DNA of 64,000 bases from Balanoglossus misakiensis (Eukaryota > Animalia > Hemichordata): NCBI GenBank assembly GCA_040954595.2, contig CM082585.2:5171808-5235807 (forward strand), in the 5' to 3' direction. The notes under the pieces are model-generated. The model was given only the letters and a program-made list of their open reading frames with translations. It did no database searches and was not told where the DNA came from. The translations under genes were made by a program, and so were the position numbers. Positions 54,099 through 64,000 of the stretch are shown here, one piece after another; positions within the stretch are counted from its first letter, which is position 1, and each line of letters opens with the position of its first letter.

Positions 54099-54404
54099 AT
54101 GTCAGCTACAGAAACTGGACTAAGACACCCACACAATGGCGTGGAAATACACTATGACGAGAGATGCGAATATATTATTTTGAGACGAAGGTCGCAATAC
54201 GACCAAGAAGACCGCCAGTATCAAGTGAAGGTAATCCAACGACATTGCTACTGTCCAAACCCCAAGCCGAGGGTGGAAACACATCGAAATCATTGGTGTG
54301 CCTACAGGCAAACCCGCCATCGTTACTCTTACAAACTGGTTCGAAGTTGTGTGTGTGGACAATTCTACTCTCCTAATCCAAACATTGATGTAAACGAGCT
54401 GTAA
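54099..54404 (+). CDS. Cys/His-rich microprotein G1 (101 aa), two internal repeats, C-terminal DVNEL
   Basis: Single-exon ORF MSATETGLRHPHNGVEIHYDERCEY...RHCYCPNPKPRVETHRNHWCAY...RSCVCGQFYSPNPNIDVNEL*. The frame is kept in copy 2, including a 3-nt indel. Confidence 0.72.
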   Translation: MSATETGLRHPHNGVEIHYDERCEYIILRRRSQYDQEDRQYQVKVIQRHCYCPNPKPRVETHRNHWCAYRQTRHRYSYKLVRSCVCGQFYSPNPNIDVNEL

Positions 54405-55491
54405 ATCACGGGTGGTGACGTTAAGGACAGGTCCCGAGAAACAAAAACTTTACAGCTGTGACGTGGTGGAGAAAAGCGTCAAAGAGCTCGCATTGGCCTA
54501 ACTGGAACGAGTGACGTCTCTGAACAACATGCGTTGGAAGATTACACAGCGACATTGAATCAAGTCACCTATGGACATGTACTTCTACACGGGACATAAT
54601 TTTCCTCATCATCAACATTCGTCGGTGAAAGATTGGCTACTGACTGATTTAATCCACACATAGCAAAATGTGTGCACCATCTAAAAAGGCAACGTTTAAA
54701 AATATCGGACACGGTAAATTCACATAAAGTTTCATTTCGCAACAGGTTTTGAACAACATGTTTTGTATTTTATTTTAGTAGTGACTTCATTCTTGAACCC
54801 GTCGTTATTTTCGTGTGTTTTTTATACGAGCTGCCGTATGGCCACATTGCATTTGTTTTATTTTGAACCATGCTCGTTTAGATGCCCAACGTAAACACCT
54901 CGAGGACAGGTAAATACTTTGGGAAGTAAAAAAACTGTTTAGCTTAGAGACAACACAAACAGTACGTTGTCATTGGCTGCTGGCCAACAATTAGAGAGCT
55001 GGAACGACACAGACGGACATTAGTCTAATTATGGAAATCAAAGTAATGCTCGTGATTTACACATGCGACATGAATACCCTTATAGTTTTGGTGGAAATCA
55101 TACTTTGTTCGTTCTACAGACACAGCTCCGGGATATAGGCACACATTTTCAACATCAGAAAAACAACAGTGGTACATTAAAATATTAGGGTAAAGAATTA
55201 ATTGACATTATACAGTGATTTTCAATGGAATTGCAATTCTTAACCGGGTAAATGTCACATGATACGGATTCTTGTGAATGACTCACGTAAACAAAACCAT
55301 CGGTCATCACGACTAAAAAAGAAAATCGTATGACATCACAGACACAAAGAAAAGGATTGACCAATAGAAAGGGAGAACGCGGCAGGGCAGGTAAAAAGCA
55401 CGACATCGACAAAAACTCTTGCAGGTAAACTTGCGAAGAACATTTTGGTAGCTGACGAGCATCTGTGAGGAGCATCTGAAGTCAAAAAAAG

Positions 55492-56193
55492 ATGGGTAAT
55501 TGGTGCAGTGGTGGCGACGCCAACGAAGGTTGTCCACGAGGTTGCAAATACCAACCATCAAACATAGGTTCCTGCGTAGATTCTAATGAACCGAAGGGGA
55601 CGTACACACGACCACCAAATTCAGGTTTGCAAAATGAATAACGTATATGATAGTTGTGACAGATGAGAAGACGACCATCACTTGAACGTATATTGCAAAT
55701 AACTGAGTGTTCTGGTTCACAAGTAGTTTAACCTTCCATTGCGAGATTTTGTGGAGAACGATCAACGTTTAGCAGAAAAACTCAAAGTATATTTAAGTCT
55801 ATCAAATAACACATAAAACTTTAAAATGCTGGCGGGTGACATTTTTTCAGAACCAATAAATTCGACTGATCATAAATATACTAATACCAGGTGTTTCTTT
55901 TGTTCTTACAACACAATTTCTCATTTTACAGCGCAAATAGATTTATCCTTGTACGATGGAGGGCTTTACGATAGTTCAGGTACGTAGGCAGCGTTTACTA
56001 CGCACATAGTTTTAGGTTTGGTCAGATGGTCTTACATCCAGGCTAGTTTTATGACATTTCCAATCATGGTAACATTTCTTAAGAAACAATCAACCCTTAT
56101 GAAGTGACAGTTTCTCCATTTTCTTGCAAGTTTTTTGCAATGAGTAAAGTCTACAATTCTTCTTTGTTTGCAGGAAACTACTATCGCCGCTAG
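55492..56193 (+). CDS. DxNE microprotein E2 (66 aa)
   Basis: Exons 55492-55624, 55932-55979, 56174-56193; differs from E1 by T25I and E45A. Confidence 0.72.
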
Positions 56194-58773
56194 TGCTTCA
56201 GGTAACACAGGTAAGACAATAAAATTAAAATATAGATAATCCGTCAAATATTTGATTGGTGTGCAACCAACGATGTATTTAGTTGACATCAATGGTTCTT
56301 TTGTTTAAACTGTGATTCAAATTAAGACGAGTTGGACAGTCTTGTGACGTGAGCACACAAGTTGGAAGTTGACGTCTTTGATAGGGAGCGGCTGTGTGGA
56401 ATTTCAAAAGTGAAAGTGACTTCACTCTAATGTCGTCTGATAAAAAATGGCAAAAACAACTGACAGAGCATGCGTGGACAAGAAAACAGGCGGGGCTGGG
56501 AGGTCAGATGATCGATCATTATAACGTCTATGTGAACGACTGAAGGTTTATTACAATAGAGTAATTTTATGACAAACAGCACACTAATTACTTTATTTTC
56601 ACGTTATTTACTTTCAGGCGTTTCGATTTACCCGAAACTTGTGACAGAGTCTACATTGTTTTAAGACCATATAAGGAGATGGTTACCATATAAGGAGATG
56701 GTGACAAAGCAGAAATCATTGGAATTCAGTTACAATGACGAATTGGGGATTCCCCCTGCAGACGAATGACTATAATCTAAAAGTATATTAATCATTTTGG
56801 AATAGTAATTTTGACTTTCGATGGGCTTTTAAATATATATACCATTTAACACTGTAATATCCAAATTTTGTTTTTGTTTTCATAATGCTAGGAAGTTCTG
56901 TTTTTCCTTTGCTTTGGTGAGAAATACTGGTTTGGTCACAAATGCCATAATCTTTCAATTTCTTACTGTGTGCTGTGATGCTCCATATTAGCTCAGAAAT
57001 TCTTCTTCAGAAAATATTGCGTCCAATTCAAACAGAATAGCATGCACATGGATATTGTACACAAAATGGTGATTGGAAGCTCAGGCCAGTTCAGTGTCCA
57101 AGAATAAATCGTCGTTTGTTTGATTTTTTTCACGTGGCCACCCGGCAGAAATTGGCTGATCTCACATTTCCACGCGTACGGTAGCTCTGCTTAAATTTGC
57201 ATAGGAAACCTATATTTTTTACTTTTGAAAGCAATGTAGTTCAAGAAAAACGCCTTGACCCATATCCGTTGACACAGAGATGTAGTAAATATTTTGAGTA
57301 ATTTGTATTTCATAGAATACCACTGACTTTATATGTACATTTTCAGTTCTTATATACAGTGATTTTGTTTTGCACATTATATGAATGGTACTAAGGTTTC
57401 ATTGTAAATGTATTTCAAAGTTGACATGTATTATCTTTAGTGTGAAATAGTTCACAGGTTAGGTCTGACCATGATGAGTTGCCAATATAGACATTAGTTT
57501 TAGTCTTCCATGGTAACTGTAAATTTTTAACTTAATCAATCTAATAAAATACACTAGTTGATAATACACACCTGAAGATGCGTGATCTTTTGTTAATTAC
57601 ATTCTTTGCAAATAGCCTCACACACAGTCCAGAAGGTTAACAAGAAAATTGATCTTTTGGCGCTACTAAATATGCACCCAAGACACATAATACATAATGG
57701 AATGACATTTTTGGGATATCCACCTGATATAGACGTGTGCCATTTTCCCCACGAAAACGCAGACAACAGATTACCTGCGTGTATTCCAATGGCGAAGCGA
57801 AAGTGTGCCACGTGAACTATCTATACACACTACTAGCAGCTGATAACATTGCTGCAATTGTTTTTCAAAATACAATGGCAACAAAATCTGTCGTGTGTGC
57901 ATGGTGTGAATCTGAGGCGATTAAAGAGAAAAATTTAGCTGCCAACTCGGTGTCTTTGGCCAATAGTACTATTGGCACTATGAGAAAGTGTGTGCATTGA
58001 GTCGATATTACTTGAGAACATCGAACACTTAATTACTAAATTGTAGACAAATTTAGCAAATTCTACACAGCTGACCTTTGACCGAGAAACACATTCCGTA
58101 AAGGTCATGCGCAGCAATTCAAAGGGCATATAAAGTTTAGCTTAAACAACATTTAGAGCTTTAGATATACCATTACACTAAAATCTTATAAACATTCAGA
58201 ACTTGTTAAAAAGAATCACATAACCAAGAAATATTTAAATCAATATTTAAGTCAAGCGCCTTCAATTGTTACAAGAACGAATATTCATTGCAAGCTCGTT
58301 CCATATATGATTAAGTTGATGCTTCGTATGTGATACTGATGTATCATATTTGTTCTAGTTGCCAGCGTCTTTAGTGGACGAATTCCCTGTCAACTTGTGT
58401 TTATATTATTTTCAATATAAGTCAACACAACTTTTTTCAACCATTACATACATTTTTTGTTAATAATGTTTAATATTAAATTAAATGAGGCCAGAAGCCG
58501 TCATTAAGTCGTCGGGTGTTTTCAAAAGATATATTGGTGATTTCATGACTTGTTGGGGAATTCCAGAAATTGGCCAATGGCAATGACACACGCGCGCCGC
58601 TTCTAAGACCAATAGCAAAATTCTACGTGTTGCTCCACACTGACACACGAGATCTTGCGCAATTCCAATACTATAAATATCGAACGAGCGTTTTGTAGAA
58701 AGTAGTTTGGTGACCACATCATCCACGACATTTGCAGAAATCTTTTTTTTTCCTCTGGCAAAAATCGAAAACC

Positions 58774-59295
58774 ATGGGCAACCAAAGCAGCAACGAGCCG
58801 CGACCAAGAACTAGCAATTCAGGCTACTACTCAACCAGAGGTTATTCGTATCCCAATGTCAGTTCTAACGAACCAAAGAAAGGTATGTCAAATTTCTCAT
58901 GAAATTGTCTTTGCCTTTTGCGCCAGTGTTACAGCGAACTCGATTCCCACGAAAAATAAGTTCCATAATCATTTGCAAAAAAACAATCATGCAGCCAATG
59001 GATTTTCTGACCGATTATTTTCCAAATCTTTTAACAACAACTTTTTTTCTGTGTTTTTTTCAAGCTGTGCGCAAACGTCGTTACGAACCTGAAGGTGGGC
59101 ATTGCGGCGACGCAGACAGTCTTGAAAGAGGTAAGCATCTAAACAAATATCACGCAGTTTTCCAAAAGAAAAGAAAATATTACGAGAAATTACCAATGTG
59201 TTTCATACGATTCCTATCTCCTCATGGAACTCATTTTCTGTCAATGTTCTCACTGTTTACAATTTTGTCCCACAGGATTTGTTCATAACCGTTAA
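58774..59295 (+). CDS. DxNE microprotein F2 (64 aa)
   Basis: Exons 58774-58882, 59065-59130, 59276-59295; three synonymous Pro-codon changes and one Cys>Ser change versus F1. Confidence 0.75.
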
Positions 59296-61061
59296 CACAT
59301 TTGGACAGGAATGCCCACGTCCTACTTTTGGCCGGTGAGTACATCAGATTACCTCATTGTTTACTGTTCACTACTTTTAAAACAACCGCCTTGATGTCTT
59401 CTCTGAAAAGAATATTCACTGTGTATCATGTCCACGCCCAAGTGGTACTACATGTATGTAAAGTCCATACAGCTTGTTGCCAAAGCAAAATAGAATACCG
59501 CCTTACTGTCATGATAGTATACGGGGTCAACATTCATGTTATCTTGTGTTGCAAATACAATGCTCTGACAAAAGACACTCGGGTCTAGCACATTCCAGCT
59601 CAGCTAAACCCTGAGGTTTTGTTGATTTATTTATAGCAGAGAGTCACACGAGAACAGATCAGAATTTTTCGTTGTGGCACTGTTAGATTTGCTCTTGCAC
59701 TTACTGTATTTCGATTCATTTACAGATTACCATATAAATTCTGAAACCGGCAAATACCTCCTCAAGCCTTCACCATCGTCTACAGTGCACAACATCATGT
59801 TTCAAGGACAAGTACTCCGTCCCAGAGAAAATCCAAGTCGTTTTAGCAAGGACGCAGAGAAACTTGTTTCAATCACCATCTTTAGTACTGTTGACATTGT
59901 CATTAATTATGTTACGTTACCATGACACTGTAATTCAACACAATGCTTATTGTTTAACCACAAACACCCGATCTGTCTACGTCAGCACCGTGTGATACCC
60001 GCTTTTAAATATCACAGTTTTCACAGTTTAACATTAAATTACACTAATATTATTTTTGAGGCTGTGTCAATCAAATTTTATATTAATGTCTATACATGTT
60101 GCCAGGTCATTCTTTTACTGCCAGAGTTTTAATTGTTCACTTTCATTCCTTTGTCGCAATGTAAAATTAATTCGGTAAGGTTTTATACTAGTGTGCATGG
60201 ATTTTTCACTTTTTCAAAATGAACAAAGGTCAATTCTCCCAAGGAAGTTACTCATAGTTCTTTATATGCAATACAAATGTGTTCAATTACATGGAATGTA
60301 TCCTGTTTGATTATAGTTTATCACAGCAGTATAGTGTAGGTCAATTTGCCTTACTTTTGGATGTGCAGGTAATCTTAAGTTCTGTTATTAAAATATTAAT
60401 ATATTGACTCGATATGTCCATTAGTTTGTATGTATGGGTGAAACACCGTCACGTTAGTAGCATGACTGATTTTGACCGAGATTGGTTGGTTAACGATAAT
60501 TGATAGACGAAACAGTTTTTTTTTTTCAAAAACGTTCTCACAAAAACACAGTGAATGAATCAGCTAATTCTTGTGGAAATCCCCTCATCTATTATGCAAT
60601 GGAATTTACCGACCAGTAGCATGACTCACTGTTGGCGTTGATTGGCTGATCGTCCTGAATGACCGGGAGTATCTTTTAAGAATACCTTAACACACACACA
60701 AACAAACAAACACTTTTCAATTTACTTTTTTCCGATGCAACGGACGACAAAAAGGATGATGACATCGCTGGACAGAACATTGAGAAAATAACCACTGAAA
60801 TGCTAATACGGTTGTGCCCCGAACCTTATTGGTCTTAATTTTATACTATCAGCCAACCAAAAATCAACACCAGATCCCATTGGTCACAACTGAATAATAG
60901 CATTCCTCCAAAATCACACATATAAAATTTTAACGTCAGGGTGCGTAGTTGTCTACCTTGAGTACATTCAAAATCAAGACTGCCAAGTATTGGCCCGCAA
61001 GTCAATTCATCGAGTTGAACGTTTGCTGCTTAATCTCCTGTACAGCTTACAATTGTTCATA

Positions 61062-61370
61062 ATGTCAGCAACAGAAACTGGACTAAGACACCCACATAAT
61101 GGCGTGGAAATACACTATGACGAGAGATGCGAATATATTATTTTGAGACGATGGTCGCAATACGTCCAAGAAGACCGCCAGTATCGAGTGAAGGTAATCC
61201 AACGACATTGCTACTGTCCAGACCCCAAGCCGATGAGGGTGGAAACACATCGAAATCATTGGTGTGCCTACAGGCAAACCCGCCATCGTTACTCTTACAA
61301 ACTGGTTCGAAGTTGTGTGTGTGGACAATTCTACTCTCCTAATCCAAACATTGATGTAAACGAGCTGTAA
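61062..61370 (+). CDS. Cys/His-rich microprotein G2 (102 aa)
   Basis: Paralog of G1. All Cys/His and DVNEL are kept, with an in-frame Met insertion; TATAAAA at ~60921. Confidence 0.72.
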   Translation: MSATETGLRHPHNGVEIHYDERCEYIILRRWSQYVQEDRQYRVKVIQRHCYCPDPKPMRVETHRNHWCAYRQTRHRYSYKLVRSCVCGQFYSPNPNIDVNEL

Positions 61371-61753
61371 ATCACGGGTGGTGACGTTAAGGACAGGTCC
61401 CGAGAAACAAAAACTTTACAGCTGTGACGTGGTGGAGAAAAGCGTCAAAGAGCTCGCATTGGCCTAACTGGAACGAGTGACGTCTCTGAACAACATGCGT
61501 TGGAAGATTACACAGCGACATTGAATCAAGTCACCTATGGACATGTACTTCTACACGGGACATAATTTTCCTCATCATCAACATTCGTCGGTGAAAGATT
61601 GGCTACTGACTGATTTAATCCACACATAGCAAAATGTGTGCACCATCTAAAAAGGCAACGTTTAAAAATATCGGACACGGTAAATTCACATAAAGTTTCA
61701 TTTCGCAACAGGTTTTGAACAACATGTTTTGTATTTTATTTTAGTAGTGACTT

Positions 61754-64000
61754 CATTCTTGAACCCGTCGTTATTTTCGTGTGTTTTTTATACGAGCTGC
61801 CGTATGGCCACATTGCATTTGTTTTATTTTGGACCATGCTCGTTTAGATGCCCAACGTAAACACCTCGAGGACAGGTAAATACTTTGGGAAGTAAAAAAA
61901 CTGTTTTGCTTAGAGACAACACAAACAGTACGTTGTCATTGGCTGCTGGCCAACAATTAGAGAGCTGGAACGACACAGACGGACATTAGTCTAATTATGG
62001 AAATCAAAGTAATGCTCGTGATTTACACATGCGACATGAATACCTTATAGTTTTGGTGGAAATCATACTTTGTTCGTTCTACAGACACAGCTCCGGGATA
62101 TAGGCACACATTTTCAACATCAGAAAAACAACAGTGGTACATTAAAATATTAGGGTAAAGAATTAATTGACATTATACAGTGATTTTCAATGGAATTGCA
62201 ATTCTTAACCGGGTAAATGTCACATGATACGGATTCTTGTGAATGACTCACGTAAACAAAACCATCGGTCATCACGACTAAAAAAGAAAATCGTATGACA
62301 TCACAGACACAAAGAAAAGGATTGACCAATAGAAAGGGAGAACGCGGCAGGGCAGGTAAAAAGCACGACATCGACAAAAACTCTTGCAGGTAAACTTGCG
62401 AAGAACATTTTGGTAGCTGACGAGCATCTGTGAGGAGCATCTGAAGTCAAAAAAAGATGGGTAATTGGTGCAGTGGTGGCGACGCCAACGAAGGTAGTCC
62501 ACGAGGTCGCAAATACCAACCATCAAACACAGGTTCCAGCGCAGATTATAATGAACCGAGGAGGACGTACACACGACCACCAAATTCAGGTTTGCAAAAT
62601 GAATAACGTATAGGATAGTTGTGACAGATGAGAAGACGACCATCACTTGAACGTATATTGCAAATAACTGAGTGTTCTGGTTCACAAGTAGTTTAACCTT
62701 CCATTGCGAGATTTTGTGGAGAACGATCAACGTTTAGCAGAAAAACTCAAAGTATATTTAAGTCTATCAAATAACACATAAAACTTTAAAATGCTGGCGG
62801 GTGACATTTTTTCAGAACCAATAAATTCGACTGATCATAAATATACTAATACCAGGTGTTTCTTTTGTTCTTACAACACAATTTCTCATTTTTACAGAGC
62901 AAATAGATTTATCCTTGTACGATGGAGGGCTTTACGATAGTTCAGGTACGTAGACAGCGTTTACTACGCACATAGTTTTAGGTTTGGTCAGATGGTCTTA
63001 CATCCAGGCTAGTTTTATGACATTTCCAATCATGGTAACATTTCTTAAGAAGCAATCAAACCTTATGAAGTGACAGTTTCTCCATTTTCTTGCAAGTTTT
63101 TTGCAATGAGTAAAGTCTACAATTCTTCTTTGTTTGCAGGAAACTACTATCGCCGCTAGTGCTTCAGGTAACACAGGTAAGACAATAAAATTAAAATATA
63201 GATAATCCGTCAAATATTTGATTAGTGTGCAACCAACGATGTATTTAGTTGACATCAATGGTTCTTTTGTTTAAACTGTGATTCAAATTAAGACGAGTTG
63301 GACAGTCTTGTGACGTGAGCACACAAGTTGGAAGTTGACGTCTTTGATAGGGAGCGGCTGTGTGGAATTTCAAAAGTGAAAGTGACTTCACTCTAATGTC
63401 GTCTGATAAAAAATGGCAAAAACAACTGACAGAGCATGCGTGGACAAGAAAACAGGCGGGGCTGGGAGGTCAGATGATCGATCATTATAACGTCTATGTG
63501 AACGACTGAAGGTTTATTACAATAGAGTAATTTTATGACAAACAGCACACTAATTACTTTATTTTCACGTTATTTACTTTCAGGCGTTTCGATTTACCCG
63601 AAACTTGTGACAGAGTCTACATTGTTTTAAGACCATATAAGGAGATTGTTACCATATAAGGAGATGGTGACAAAGCAGAAATCATTGGAATTCAGTTACA
63701 ATGACGAATTGGGGATTCCCCCTGCAGACGAATGACTATAATCTAAAAGTATATTAATCATTTTGGAATAGTAATTTTGACTTTCGATGGGCTTTTAAAT
63801 ATATATACCATTTAACACTGTAATATCCAAATTTTGTTTTTGTTTTCATAGTGCTAGGAAGTTCTGTTTTTCCTTTGCTTTGGTGAGAAATACTGGTTTG
63901 GTCACAATCGCCATAATCTTTCAATTTCTTACTGTGTGCTGTGATGCTCCATATTAGCTCAGAAATTCTTCTTCAGAAAATATTGCGTCCAATTCAAACA
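61754..64000 (+). repeat. Tandem segmental repeat, copy 3 (truncated by window end; gene E3)
   Basis: Same start sequence; colinear with copy 2 to the end of the window. Confidence 0.95.
62457..63159 (+). CDS. DxNE microprotein E3 (66 aa, Cys-poor variant)
   Basis: Exons 62457-62589, 62898-62945, 63140-63159: MGNWCSGGDANEGSPRGRKYQPSNTGSSADYNEPRRTYTRPPNSEQIDLSLYDGGLYDSSGNYYRR*. Confidence 0.72.

Larger units (their letters stand above)
48159..54787 (+). repeat. Tandem segmental repeat, copy 1 (6629 bp; genes E1, F1, G1)
   Basis: Starts cattcttgaacccgtcgttatt; near-identical to 54788-61753. Confidence 0.95.
54788..61753 (+). repeat. Tandem segmental repeat, copy 2 (6966 bp; genes E2, F2, G2)
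   Basis: Same start sequence; has an extra ~380 bp (56341-56725) relative to copy 1. Confidence 0.95.

Noticed and set aside
48558-63258. Minus-strand ORFs repeated in each tandem unit (e.g. MLLTDAR.., MMSTKYIV.., MAHFRF..)
   Set aside because: They recur only because the DNA is recently duplicated. Some are frameshifted between copies or overlap the + strand genes, and none shows independent coding features.
1-64000. CRISPR arrays, rRNA, prokaryotic operons, autonomous transposase or RT ORFs
   Set aside because: None seen; the sequence is spliceosomal-intron-containing animal DNA with only short non-autonomous elements.

Overview
Eukaryotic, intron-rich, AT-rich animal genomic DNA, probably a marine invertebrate deuterostome such as a hemichordate (inference only). 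The first 34 kb holds five ordinary-looking genes: the 3' part of a mucin/FN3/EGF cell-surface protein (+), a DUF229 alkaline-phosphatase-superfamily type II membrane protein (+), an intronless Gal/GlcNAc-6-O-sulfotransferase (-), SLC35A5 (-) and, head-to-head with it, a DED-NB-ARC-TPR NLR-like STAND protein (+). There are also many MITE-like hairpins and microsatellites. From about 37.6 kb to the end, the ORF track shows no long ORF, but manual splicing reveals a cluster of at least 11 tiny genes (7 types). They encode leaderless microproteins, mostly 61-66 aa, that share a [D/S]-x-N-E-[P/G/R/L] motif. Most carry the motif twice around a hypervariable spacer, have phase-1 introns plus a 3'-UTR intron, and end in Arg/Lys. 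Several have N-myristoylation starts, and kB-like and AP-1 sites lie near several of them. Three of these genes form a ~7 kb unit repeated in tandem at least 2.3 times, and one copy shows 7 nonsynonymous and 0 synonymous changes in exon 1. I do not recognise this family; it is the best candidate for an undescribed system. All gene models were spliced by eye and have no transcript support.
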